From a virus (taxonomy: Duplodnaviria; Caudoviricetes): a stretch of DNA of 64,000 nucleotides. The DNA lies in the IMG/VR virus record IMGVR_UViG_3300036861_000232, positions 188 through 64,187 of that record; one strand, written 5' to 3'. Of the stretch, positions 46,523 through 56,447 are shown piece after piece. The notes below the pieces were generated by a model. That model did not search any database, was not told the origin of the DNA, and saw nothing but the letters and a program-made list of their open reading frames with translations. A program made the position numbers and the translations under genes. Numbering within the stretch: position 1 is the first letter of the stretch; every line of letters begins with the position of its first letter.

Positions 46523-47028
46523 TGCGCAAATACAGCGGACTTGTCATTCTTGTGCTCCTGAGCCTGCCAGCCGCGGCCTCGCCACCGGAATTTGCCAGTA
46601 GGACACAGCAGCCATCATATTATTATTCCATAACGCTCGAGCAGCTCTACGCGATGATTGTTGAGATGGACCGCCGCTATGAACAGCGGTTCAACGCTCA
46701 GGACAAAGCGGTGGCAGCAGCGCTCGATTCTGCCAAGGAGGCGGTGCTCAAGGCGGAAGTAGCAAGCGAGAAACGCTTTGAGAGCATAAACGAATTTCGC
46801 GGACAACTCAGGGATCAGCAACAGACATTCGTGACACGGGATGAAGTTGCGATCCGCTTCAGGGCAGTAGAAGACAGGGTGCAGCGGCTTGATGAGATGG
46901 CGTTGAAAAATCAGGCACGACTGGAAGGTTTTAATTGGCTGTGGGGGATAGCCGGCACGGCCTTTGGCATGCTAGTCGCCGGATTCACCGTTTACAGCGC
47001 CATTCGCAATGCCGGGACCGTAAAATGA
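46522..47028 (+). CDS. Membrane-anchored coiled-coil protein
   Basis: N-terminal signal peptide, KAE.A.EKRFES.NEFR.QL.DQ coil and C-terminal TM. Confidence 0.65.
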   Translation: MRKYSGLVILVLLSLPAAASPPEFASRTQQPSYYYSITLEQLYAMIVEMDRRYEQRFNAQDKAVAAALDSAKEAVLKAEVASEKRFESINEFRGQLRDQQQTFVTRDEVAIRFRAVEDRVQRLDEMALKNQARLEGFNWLWGIAGTAFGMLVAGFTVYSAIRNAGTVK

Positions 47029-47050
47029 TGGCCGGTGATGGGCGCTGATC

Positions 47051-48838
47051 ATGGCCGAACCGCGCAAGGTTCCGATCAAGATCGCCGCCTCGGGGTTCTG
47101 GAAAGACGCAACCCCGTATGAAGCCAAGGGCCGCTATATCGACGGCGACCATATCAGGTTTCACGACGGCCAGGCGCAGAAGATCGGCGGCAATGTTGCG
47201 CTGAATAATTCCTCTAATCTGTTCTTGGGCCGCTGCCGGTCGCTCTTGCCCTATCAGGACTTCAGCTACAACATCTGGGTCATCACCGGCACCCACATCC
47301 GCCTCTATCAGTTCGACATTGACTATGCACTGACCAACATCACGCCGCTTGCGGGGTCGGGGCAGCTTACCAATCCGTTCTCGACGACGAACCTGTCGAC
47401 GACGGTCAATGTCAACGACGTCAGCCATACCCGTGTCGTCGGCGATTATGTGAATTTCGCCAATGCCACGGCGGTCGGCGGCATTACCATCGATGGCGAG
47501 TACCAGGTCCAGAGCATCGTCGATAGCAACAATTACACCATCACTCATTCCTCTGCCGCAACTTCGACGGCGGGGCCTGGCGGCGGCACGGTCGATTATG
47601 AGTACGAACTTTCCGCCGGCAACATCACCGTGTCCTTGGGCGGCGGCTATGGCATCGGGCCTTATGGCGAGGGCACCTACGGCACCGAGCGGGCGAGCTT
47701 CACCTATCTGACCTTCCCGCGCGTCTGGCATCTCGACAAATACGGCGAGAACATTCTGGCCCTCCCCACCGGCGGCACCGTCTATCAGTGGGACCCTGAC
47801 ACGCCGACGACTAGGGCGGTGGCGGTCGCCAATGCCCCGACCGGCGAATCGATGTTCGTCACCTCCGAACGTGTGGTCACTGTTTTGGGCGCCGACGGCG
47901 ATCTCATGCTGGTGAAATGGTGCGATGACGACGACATCACCCTGTGGACCCCGGCCGATGACAATATCGCCAATTTCAGAAGACTGCAGGACGGCAACCG
48001 CCTGGTCGGCGGCGGGCGTCTGGCGCAGAAGGTCAACCTGATCTGGTCGGACACGGCCCTCTATCTGCATCAGTTCACCGGCCAGTCGAACGTCTACGAC
48101 ACCCGCCATATCGCGACGGGGTGCGGATTGATCGGCTCGAAGGCGTGGGTCGTGGTCGACGGTGTCGCCTACTGGTGGTCGTCCGGCGCATTCAAGATGT
48201 TTGCCGGCGGCCAGGTTCTCGACATCCCGCGCCAGGATGAGATCGACCAGGATGTATTCGACAATCTGACCGATAATCTCGGGCCGCTCGTTGCCTGCTG
48301 GTACAACAATGAATTCAACGAGGTCTGGTGGCTCTATCCACGCGATGGGGCCGAGGAGAACTCGCATTATGTTACCGTCAACCTCAATGACTTCGGCTGG
48401 GTCACCGGTACGATGGCGCGCACCGCCTTCGCGGTGAAGTTCTCGATCATGAATACCTATTACGCCACCGATATCGACGGCTATCTCTACCAGCACGAAA
48501 CCGGGGTGAACGACAATGGCGCCGAACTCAACTGGTCGCTGGAGACCGGGCTCACCGATGTCGACAAGGGCAATATGAGCATGAATGTCTGGGGCTATAT
48601 TCCCGACTTCAAGCGCCAGACCGGCGATGTCGCCATGACGCTCACCGCCTACGATGAGCCGCAGGCGAGCGGAGCCACCGAGACCAAGGAGATCACCGTC
48701 GAGGAAGGCTTGACAATCGAGGACTTCTGCATGGCGGGGCGCATGCTGAAACTCACTTTTGAAGGTTCGGGTGTCGATTGCGACATCAGGTTCGGCAACC
48801 CGTCGCTTGAAGTGTCGGACGCCGGCGAGCTGCGCTGA
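47051..48838 (+). CDS. Tail nozzle / DNA stabilisation protein (P22 gp10-like role)
   Basis: Beta-propeller-like sequence with FNEVWWLYP motif; position in the tail module. Confidence 0.7.
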   Translation: MAEPRKVPIKIAASGFWKDATPYEAKGRYIDGDHIRFHDGQAQKIGGNVALNNSSNLFLGRCRSLLPYQDFSYNIWVITGTHIRLYQFDIDYALTNITPLAGSGQLTNPFSTTNLSTTVNVNDVSHTRVVGDYVNFANATAVGGITIDGEYQVQSIVDSNNYTITHSSAATSTAGPGGGTVDYEYELSAGNITVSLGGGYGIGPYGEGTYGTERASFTYLTFPRVWHLDKYGENILALPTGGTVYQWDPDTPTTRAVAVANAPTGESMFVTSERVVTVLGADGDLMLVKWCDDDDITLWTPADDNIANFRRLQDGNRLVGGGRLAQKVNLIWSDTALYLHQFTGQSNVYDTRHIATGCGLIGSKAWVVVDGVAYWWSSGAFKMFAGGQVLDIPRQDEIDQDVFDNLTDNLGPLVACWYNNEFNEVWWLYPRDGAEENSHYVTVNLNDFGWVTGTMARTAFAVKFSIMNTYYATDIDGYLYQHETGVNDNGAELNWSLETGLTDVDKGNMSMNVWGYIPDFKRQTGDVAMTLTAYDEPQASGATETKEITVEEGLTIEDFCMAGRMLKLTFEGSGVDCDIRFGNPSLEVSDAGELR

Positions 48839-50250
48839 TGCCGTTCAAGCGCCCGCTGTTCCTCGGCAAGCCGGCGCCGGGACAGGACAAGCACGCGTTC
48901 GCCCAGGATGCGCTGGAGAAGATCGCCGAATGGTCGCATGAGCAGGAGGAGTTCGAGGTCACCGCCAATATCGACATGGCGGGGTTCTTCCTCCTATTCC
49001 CTGATTCTACCGGCATCAAGGATGAAAACGGCAACGAGCAACTGATCTTCCAGACCACCGCGACGGCGGTGAACTACTGGGAGATGACCAATTCCGCCGC
49101 CAATGGCGTGCAGCGCCTGGCGGCTCAGGGCGATGATGCCAATATCGCCGTGACGATCGCGTCCAAGGGAACCGACCCAATCAATTTAGAGGTCAACGGC
49201 AACATCGAGGCTTCGCTCGATGCGGCGAATTTCAAGCCCGGGGCCAATGACGGCAACGCGCTCGGCGTCTCGGGCACGGCCTGGGCCGATCTGTTCCTCG
49301 CTTCCGGCGGGGTCATCAACTGGAATGCCGGCAATGCCACGCTTACCCACTCGGCGGGCCTGCTGACATCGAATGTCGACATCGCGGTGCCGGACGAAGC
49401 CTATGACGCGACGAACTGGAACGGCTCGCTCGAAGTTCCGACCAAGAATGCGATCAGGGACAAGCTGGAAAGCCTGCCCGAGGCCGGCTATCCGCCCGGC
49501 CATATCTTCGGCCTGACGCTGTCCAACGCCGCCGATGCCAACAACGACATCACTATCGCTGCCGGATCGGCGCGCGATGAGGACGACACCGAGAACATGG
49601 CGCTCGCCGCTTCGATCACCAAGCAGCTCGACGCGGCATGGGCGGTGGGCACAAACGCTGGCGGCTTGAACACCGGCGCCGAGGCGATCTCGACGTGGTA
49701 CGAGGTCATTCTCATTAAGCGCACCGACACCGATGTCGTCGATGTGATGTTCTCGACCACCGCCAACCGCACCACGCTGCCGACCAGCTACGACAAGAAG
49801 CGGCGCATCGGCTGGATCAGGAATGACGATTCGTCCAACATTCTGGCGTTCACCCAGGTTGACGATCATTTCACCCTGACGACGCAGATCAACGATGCTT
49901 CTGTTGCGATGACCACTACGGCGGCGCAGATAACGCTGACTGTGCCGCCCAATACGATTGCCCGATTTAGAGCGACCGGTCAGGGCGATACTGCCGGGAC
50001 GGCGACCAACGAATATATAGTTTTGAGCGAGGTGGTCGAAGGCAATGTGACGCCTTCCTTGACGACCGGCATCGCATCATTAGGCGCTTTTGAAATCGCC
50101 GCTGGTGTCGCGACCGGCTCAGCTGGGCATTTTGAATTGCGCGTCAATGGCAGTTCACAAATCGAGCATGACAGCACCGCCGCCGAAGGCACATTCGACA
50201 TCTCGACCTATGGCTGGATTGATCTTCGCAGAAGGCTATCGGCGACATGA
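48838..50250 (+). CDS. Tail fibre / spike protein
   Basis: IKDENGNEQL.F, GLTLSN...I.IAAG.A.D and RRIG modules. Confidence 0.7.
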   Translation: MPFKRPLFLGKPAPGQDKHAFAQDALEKIAEWSHEQEEFEVTANIDMAGFFLLFPDSTGIKDENGNEQLIFQTTATAVNYWEMTNSAANGVQRLAAQGDDANIAVTIASKGTDPINLEVNGNIEASLDAANFKPGANDGNALGVSGTAWADLFLASGGVINWNAGNATLTHSAGLLTSNVDIAVPDEAYDATNWNGSLEVPTKNAIRDKLESLPEAGYPPGHIFGLTLSNAADANNDITIAAGSARDEDDTENMALAASITKQLDAAWAVGTNAGGLNTGAEAISTWYEVILIKRTDTDVVDVMFSTTANRTTLPTSYDKKRRIGWIRNDDSSNILAFTQVDDHFTLTTQINDASVAMTTTAAQITLTVPPNTIARFRATGQGDTAGTATNEYIVLSEVVEGNVTPSLTTGIASLGAFEIAAGVATGSAGHFELRVNGSSQIEHDSTAAEGTFDISTYGWIDLRRRLSAT

Positions 50251-50525
50251 GATTTGTCCAGCGCGATCCGGCTTCCAACAAGATCATCGGGCATTTCGCC
50301 AATCCGCAGCCTTACGCGCAGGAAGAACTGGCCGACGATCACCCGGATATTCTGGCTTACAAAGCAGAGAGAGAAGCAGCCAAGATTCTCACTCCCGCGC
50401 AATTGATCGATAAAAACTTTGTTCGCAACCCCATGTTTCGCGGCCTGATCCGCGTCTTGGCGCAGCGTTTCAACATCACACCGCAGCAACTCATCGACGC
50501 CATCAAGGCGCAGGCGGATTCTTAG
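50247..50525 (+). CDS. Probable tail fibre chaperone
   Basis: Coupled to the fibre gene; PQP...E.LADDHP. Confidence 0.55.
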   Translation: MRFVQRDPASNKIIGHFANPQPYAQEELADDHPDILAYKAEREAAKILTPAQLIDKNFVRNPMFRGLIRVLAQRFNITPQQLIDAIKAQADS

Positions 50526-50535
50526 GAGCAGAACA

Positions 50536-51030
50536 ATGAACCCAAACCTCCTTGCCATCATCCAGCGCATCCTCGGCCAAGCGCCGCAGCAGGCGCAGAA
50601 CCCGTTGCAGGCCATCCTCGCTCGCTTTCAAAACCGTATGCCGGGCGCCGGGATGCCGTCTGGCATGGGCGGTGGTTGGGGACAATCACCGGAAATGCAG
50701 ACGTGGCGGCAGACTCGACCCATGCGTCCAGATGCGGGCTTCGCCACACCGCAAGACCGCATGGCGTTTCGCGATGCCCGCCAAGACTGGCGTGAGGCGC
50801 GCCCGCTGCGCCCAGCCACCGCGACCACACCGCCCGCAACTACGCCCCCTGCCATGACGCCTCCTGTGACCCCGCCCGAAGGCGGGGTTCCTGTTTCGCA
50901 GCCCAACCCGCAGGGCAATGCCTACGGCCAGCGCTTCTTCCAGCAATACGGCATCCACCCCGGCGGCAATCAGGAACAGTTTCAGGCGTTCAAGGCGGCC
51001 AATCCGGTGAAGGGGCCGACAAATGTATGA
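50536..51030 (+). CDS. Low-complexity Gln/Pro-rich protein (possibly ejected)
   Basis: AGGAG RBS; composition typical of internal virion proteins. Confidence 0.55.
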   Translation: MNPNLLAIIQRILGQAPQQAQNPLQAILARFQNRMPGAGMPSGMGGGWGQSPEMQTWRQTRPMRPDAGFATPQDRMAFRDARQDWREARPLRPATATTPPATTPPAMTPPVTPPEGGVPVSQPNPQGNAYGQRFFQQYGIHPGGNQEQFQAFKAANPVKGPTNV

Positions 51031-51493
51031 CGGTGGTGATGGGTGGAGCGGTACGCACACGGGCGAGACGCCGCGCCCGTCGCTCATCGAACTCATCAAT
51101 CAGATCCTCGGCGGCTCGGGCGGCATCATGCCGCCGTCGAAGACCAAGGGCAGCGACTTCTACAAGTGGCTGCAGAATTTGTTCAAGACCGGCACCACCG
51201 GCGGCGCGACTATACCGCCGTCGACCACGCCGCCGACCGATCTGCAGGGCATTCTCTCGCAACTCATGAAAAACTCCGGCAAGGCCGGAGCGCCGATCTC
51301 ATCGATGGGCGCCGTGGTCTCGCCGATGCTGACCTCGCCGGGCTTCGATCCCTACACCTACGGCCAGACCTCGGGCGAGGCGACTTTCTATCACCAGACG
51401 CCGCAGAATACGATCGCGCCGATCGCGGCGTTGCCCGGTCTCGGCGCGCCGCCTCCGGCGAGTACCGTGACCGACAAAAAGAAGAAGGATTGA
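51023..51493 (+). CDS. Low-complexity protein (possibly ejected)
   Basis: Overlapping start; Gly/Thr/Pro-rich. Confidence 0.55.
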   Translation: MYDGGDGWSGTHTGETPRPSLIELINQILGGSGGIMPPSKTKGSDFYKWLQNLFKTGTTGGATIPPSTTPPTDLQGILSQLMKNSGKAGAPISSMGAVVSPMLTSPGFDPYTYGQTSGEATFYHQTPQNTIAPIAALPGLGAPPPASTVTDKKKKD

Positions 51494-51497
51494 AGCC

Positions 51498-52343
51498 ATG
51501 GCGAACCTGTTCGACTGGCTGTTCGAGCCGACGAAGTCGACATCGTCCTCGACGACCTCGCTGCCGGAATGGGTCACCAATGCCGGCAAGAGCAATTACG
51601 CGCTCGCCACCGGCATCGCCCAGCGACCCTATCAGGCCTATGGCGCGCCGCGCGTTGCCGGCTTCTCGCCCGACCAGACCTCCGCCATGGGCGCACTCAG
51701 AACGGCAACGCCGCGCGCCCTGACGCTGCCTGCAGGGGGCTATCGCCCGCCCAGACTTATCGACAACATCCCCGGCGGCGAAGGCCCAGGCGGCATATCG
51801 GATTACGAGAACCCCTACACCGAGAACGTCATCAACCGCGGTATCGCCAAGATGCGCGAGGCGGCGAACATCGGCCAGCAGAACATCAACAATCGCCAGC
51901 ATATGTCGGAGAGCTTCGGCGATGCCCGGCATGGGCTCGAAGCCGAGGAATTGGAGCGCGATCTGATCAAGGAGATCGGCGACTTCTCCGGTCAGCAATA
52001 CGCACAAGGCTACGACACCGCCCAGCAGCTCCGAGAATCCGATATCGAGCGGCTGATGCGCTCGCAGGACCTCGCCCGCGCCGACCAGTCCGATCTTTTG
52101 ACCTGGATCGACGCCATGTTCCGCTCCGGCTCCAACCAGCAGGAGTTGACGCAGAAATCTCTCTCCACCGCCTATGCGGATTTCCTCAGGCAGCAGAACT
52201 ACCCAAAGGAAATGCTCGATGTCCTGACTGCGGCGCTCACCGGCACGCCGTCGAACGTCACCAAGACGACGGAGGAACCCGGCCCGTCGAACGCCGCGAG
52301 CATTCTGTCGACCATCGGTTCTGTTCTCGGCGCGATCATCTAA
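51498..52343 (+). CDS. DNA ejection / pilot protein
   Basis: T.LPEW, Y...RVAGFS..Q, Y.NPY...V and FG..R motifs. Confidence 0.7.
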   Translation: MANLFDWLFEPTKSTSSSTTSLPEWVTNAGKSNYALATGIAQRPYQAYGAPRVAGFSPDQTSAMGALRTATPRALTLPAGGYRPPRLIDNIPGGEGPGGISDYENPYTENVINRGIAKMREAANIGQQNINNRQHMSESFGDARHGLEAEELERDLIKEIGDFSGQQYAQGYDTAQQLRESDIERLMRSQDLARADQSDLLTWIDAMFRSGSNQQELTQKSLSTAYADFLRQQNYPKEMLDVLTAALTGTPSNVTKTTEEPGPSNAASILSTIGSVLGAII

Positions 52344-52353
52344 AGGCAAGGCG

Positions 52354-55300
52354 ATGCCGACCGGCACACAGAAAACTAACGTCGGCACGACGGGACAAAC
52401 GGGGATTCACTCGACCACGGTTTCCAACGTCTCCAGTCAGTATAGCGGCACTAAAAGCACGCCTGCCTCGCCTGGACTGGCGACACCGGCCGGCTCGGGT
52501 GGCGGTAAGACTTCCGGTCCGGCGCCGTCGGCCTCGACCGGCAAGGGCGAGAGCGGCCGCGAAGCGGGACCGGCAGGCCCCGGCGCTGGACCGGGTTCGG
52601 AAAAGGCAGGCAGTAAAGCCCCCGATACCGCCAAGGCATCGCCATCGCCGTCAAAAGCTGCGGGCGGCGGCAATAGTCTCAAATCCGAAACTGCGGTTTC
52701 CAAAGAGGTCTCCGACAAGGCAGCGCAGGCCCGCGCCGCCGCCGATCATGTGCTGGCGATCTCGCGCGGTCCCGGCATCCTCGGCCAGACAACGCCCGGC
52801 ATACAGGCCCCTAGCGCCGAAACCATCGCCAATCTGAAGCGCGAGCAGACAGGAACTCCGCCGCAGACCTTCGCGCAGCCGCGCGGTATCTTGGGTACCG
52901 GCGTCTCACTGAAAGAGGTCCCCAGAAATCCGCTGCGCGATGCAACGCTTTTTAAGATGGACCCTGATGTTAAGGCAGGATTCGAGGCGGGTAAGATCAA
53001 TGTGCCGAGCATCAGTTCACTGGTCAATCTGGCAAAGGCGTGGAAGGCGGAAACCGGTTTGCCGCTGCACCTCACCGAGGGCTACGCCCCTGAGGGCCAT
53101 GTTTCGAAGTCGCAACATAAGCTAGGCACGGCTTTTGATCTTGCGGTTGGGACAGATGATCCCACAAAAGTCGACCGGTTCATGGAACTGGCGGCTGAGA
53201 ACGGGTTTCGCGGGCGCGGTGTCTACAGTGCGCCCGAAAAAGGCATAATGAACCCACGAGGCCTTGGCTGGGTGCATATCGACACGCGCGCCGAACCAAC
53301 GGCTTGGGGGCCGGACCTCACCAGCAAATCAATTCCAGATTTCTTTAAGAGTTCTGCTTACCGTCCCGGTGTCACGCAGCCCATGGATCGCACGGGGTTG
53401 GCGTCTGTACAGCCTGCTTCCGGTCCGGCTACCGTCGCCTCAAATGTCGGTTCGCCAGTTGATCGCGCCATCAAGTCGATCTTGGGCGATGTCATCGGAC
53501 CGAGCGAACCCAGCCTGCATCAGGATTTCGCCAGCAACGACATGCGTTCGCTGCTCAGCCCTGCGCCATCGGCGCCCGCGCCGCCGTCCGCAGCGAAGAT
53601 CGCCGCCGATGAAGCCGCTGCCGCCCGGCGCGGTCTTGAACCCGCCGCCGGACCAATCGGCGGCATGCTGACTGCCTCTGCTGAACCACCGGCACCCACT
53701 CCGCGCTCAGAGATTGTCGGCTGGAATCCGCGCACAGTCAGTTCTTCTATCGGGGATGTCATCACCGAATTGCAGCGTAAGCAGGGGACTTTTGTTCCAC
53801 GTGGAACAGAGCCGCAAACTACGCCGACCCCCTCGCCGGAAGATCAGATCGCCGCCAGTCAAGAGCGGCAATTGGCGATGCAGCAGCAGGCGCACTTGCT
53901 GCAGGAGCGCATGGACCGAATGCGGGCACTCATCGGCAATGCACCGCAGCTTCCTCCTGATCGCGCCATTGAACTCGCCTCCCGTCGTTCGACACCACAG
54001 CCGCTCGTCAACACCGCCTCGGCGACCGCCGTCGATGAAGCGGTCCGCCGCGTGGCCAATGAGGTTCTCGGCCGCAATCTCGTCGCCGAGCGCACTGAGG
54101 ACATGGGTTATGGCGATCCTCTGCTGCCGATAGAACGGCAGGCGGCCGACATGCAGTCGCGCCTCGCTGATCTGATGAATGAGAAGCACATTAACCGCCC
54201 GCCGCGCGACTTTGCGGCGAGAACCGAGGACATGGGCTACGGTGCGCCGCCAGCACAGACTGCCAGGACCAGCACCGGCGATCCGGTTCTCGATGCCATC
54301 CGCGATGTGCTGTTCCCCGACCATATGGTGCAGCAGCCGGAAGTGACGCAGGTGACACGCGAACTGAAACGGTCGCTCGACCCCTATAACGACGACCCGG
54401 ACTTCCTGCCCGAGGCTGGGATCAGCCCGCCAAACTCAGCTGCAAGGCCAGTGCCGTCCGCCCCGTCGCAAACCTTAGCCGCTGCCGAGCCGCATCCGCC
54501 AGGCGTGGATACCGGCATCACCCCGCCGAACGCAGGCCCGATGCCGGTGCCCAGTGTGGCTGGCATTCCGGGTGGGCCGCCCCTCCCTGAGCGCTCGCCT
54601 TACAAGCGCGGCGACCCGATCTACTGGAGCAATCAGGATGTGGCAAAGAACATCACGCCGGAAGACCTGCCAGAAAATCCGAATATCGCGGAACAGCCGC
54701 CGCAGGCCTACACCCCATCGCTCGAAACGCTAAGGGCGCAGAAAGCCCAGGAGATCGCCAACGCTGTTCTTGGCCGCGACATCATGGCCGAACCGAACGA
54801 GGGCGACACCATGGCGGCATTGAACGAGACGCCGACTGCCGGTCTCGGCCCCGCGACGATCCAGCCCGGACTGTCGAGCGCGCCATGGGCGCAGCCTGCC
54901 ATCGACACGCCGACCGCCACGCTCAAACCCGGCGTCACCGAGCAGATGATCGCCAGCAAGGTCTCGCCGGAACTCGCGGCACAACTGCGCAACGTGAAGA
55001 CCGAAGCCGATCTGCGCGCTGTCATCACCGCCGAGGTCGCCAAGCACCCGATTATGTTTTCGACCGCGGAGGCGCAAAAGAAGGCAGTCGATCAATATAT
55101 GGCCAAGGCCAAGCGCGACTATGTCACCTTCGGCGTCGAGAGGCAGAAACAGGCCGCCGCCGAACCGCACCCGCCGTCGACGCTCTCCAGCCGCCCCCTT
55201 GTCGCCGACAACACGCAGCCCGCTACGACGGCGACACCGCCGGGCGAGAAGCCGAAGGCTGTTGCCCCGCCCGCGAGTCTTCTCCCGGTGAAACCGGCCC

Positions 55301-55653
55301 CGCCGGACAAGCCGATCGAGGTGCCGCAGCCGGGGCAGGTTCCCGGCCGACCGAGTCAGATCGTCACGAACGAAGAGAAGGGTCCGACGCCGCTGCTTGA
55401 ACCACAGGTCATCAGCGATCTCAGGCGCGAGCCGGAAGCCCAAGCCTCGACAACGAGACTGACTGATCGCCTCGGCCCCGGCAATGATCAGATCGACCGC
55501 ATTCAGCTTCTTGCCGACCGTATTCGCAATGGCAGTGATACCGCTGCAGCGCCGCCACCGACACCGTCGGAGGAGCCCAACGCTTCCGGCCTCACCGATG
55601 CGCAGATTGCCGCCCTCGTTCAAACCATATTGGGGTCAGGAGCAGTAGCATGA
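52354..55653 (+). CDS. Large internal virion protein with peptidase M15-like domain
   Basis: SQHKLGTAFDL...GWVHIDTR (~53010-53300) within a Pro/Ala-rich sequence. Confidence 0.75.
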   Translation: MPTGTQKTNVGTTGQTGIHSTTVSNVSSQYSGTKSTPASPGLATPAGSGGGKTSGPAPSASTGKGESGREAGPAGPGAGPGSEKAGSKAPDTAKASPSPSKAAGGGNSLKSETAVSKEVSDKAAQARAAADHVLAISRGPGILGQTTPGIQAPSAETIANLKREQTGTPPQTFAQPRGILGTGVSLKEVPRNPLRDATLFKMDPDVKAGFEAGKINVPSISSLVNLAKAWKAETGLPLHLTEGYAPEGHVSKSQHKLGTAFDLAVGTDDPTKVDRFMELAAENGFRGRGVYSAPEKGIMNPRGLGWVHIDTRAEPTAWGPDLTSKSIPDFFKSSAYRPGVTQPMDRTGLASVQPASGPATVASNVGSPVDRAIKSILGDVIGPSEPSLHQDFASNDMRSLLSPAPSAPAPPSAAKIAADEAAAARRGLEPAAGPIGGMLTASAEPPAPTPRSEIVGWNPRTVSSSIGDVITELQRKQGTFVPRGTEPQTTPTPSPEDQIAASQERQLAMQQQAHLLQERMDRMRALIGNAPQLPPDRAIELASRRSTPQPLVNTASATAVDEAVRRVANEVLGRNLVAERTEDMGYGDPLLPIERQAADMQSRLADLMNEKHINRPPRDFAARTEDMGYGAPPAQTARTSTGDPVLDAIRDVLFPDHMVQQPEVTQVTRELKRSLDPYNDDPDFLPEAGISPPNSAARPVPSAPSQTLAAAEPHPPGVDTGITPPNAGPMPVPSVAGIPGGPPLPERSPYKRGDPIYWSNQDVAKNITPEDLPENPNIAEQPPQAYTPSLETLRAQKAQEIANAVLGRDIMAEPNEGDTMAALNETPTAGLGPATIQPGLSSAPWAQPAIDTPTATLKPGVTEQMIASKVSPELAAQLRNVKTEADLRAVITAEVAKHPIMFSTAEAQKKAVDQYMAKAKRDYVTFGVERQKQAAAEPHPPSTLSSRPLVADNTQPATTATPPGEKPKAVAPPASLLPVKPAPPDKPIEVPQPGQVPGRPSQIVTNEEKGPTPLLEPQVISDLRREPEAQASTTRLTDRLGPGNDQIDRIQLLADRIRNGSDTAAAPPPTPSEEPNASGLTDAQIAALVQTILGSGAVA

Positions 55654-56447
55654 CCGCCTTCGACTTCTCGCCGATCAAGGACGCCATCAATACCATCCTC
55701 GGCAAGCCGGATTCCCTCGTCAACCAGCAGCCAGCGATGAATCCCGACTTCGAGCAGGAACTGATGGCTGGCATCGATCCGGCCGCGATGAAACGCAAGG
55801 CCATCGGCAATGCGCTGATCGCCGCTTCGAAAACCCTTGGCTCGGCTCCCGGCTCTTTTCTCACTGGCTTAGGCCAAGCGGCTCCATCTGGCGCGGAAGC
55901 CTACACCACCACCAGAGACGCCAATGATCTGCGCCGGCAGAAGACACTCGGCTACATCTCTGACACCAAGCGCAAGGCGGGGGATGACACGCTCGACCGG
56001 CTGAAGCAGCTCATCGACATGGGCGGCGACATCAACCGCGAGGAGCGGGCGCAGCAGAAGCAGACCAACGAACAGGCGGAAGCGGAGCGCGCCATCGAGA
56101 AGCATCAGATCGACCTCGCTACCGATGAGGCCGATCTGCAGATGAAATTCAACGAGGCGGTGAACGAACGCGCCAAGGCGCTCGGCCTCGATGATCCCGA
56201 CTTTATGGGGCCGGAACGCGATGCGGCATTGAAGCGGCTCAATGATTTTAGTGTCAAGCTGCAGGCGGAACTCGACCGTCTGGTTAAGAAGCATGGCATC
56301 AACAAGAAAAATGCTCCCGCTGGGGGCGGCTCCATTCTCCCCGGTGATGCCGAGAAAGGCATCACAAACCGGCTGGTCAAGGACGGTGTGCGGTACATGA
56401 AGGTCAACGGAAGATGGGCGATTGATCAAGGCCCAGCCGGACGCTGA
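55650..56447 (+). CDS. Coiled-coil ejected protein
   Basis: Helical, Gly/Ala amphipathic segment; coupled to both neighbours. Confidence 0.6.
   Translation: MTAFDFSPIKDAINTILGKPDSLVNQQPAMNPDFEQELMAGIDPAAMKRKAIGNALIAASKTLGSAPGSFLTGLGQAAPSGAEAYTTTRDANDLRRQKTLGYISDTKRKAGDDTLDRLKQLIDMGGDINREERAQQKQTNEQAEAERAIEKHQIDLATDEADLQMKFNEAVNERAKALGLDDPDFMGPERDAALKRLNDFSVKLQAELDRLVKKHGINKKNAPAGGGSILPGDAEKGITNRLVKDGVRYMKVNGRWAIDQGPAGR

Noticed and set aside
46985-48496. 503-aa minus-strand ORF and similar long antisense ORFs
   Set aside because: They are shadows of GC-rich plus-strand structural genes and show no recognisable motifs.
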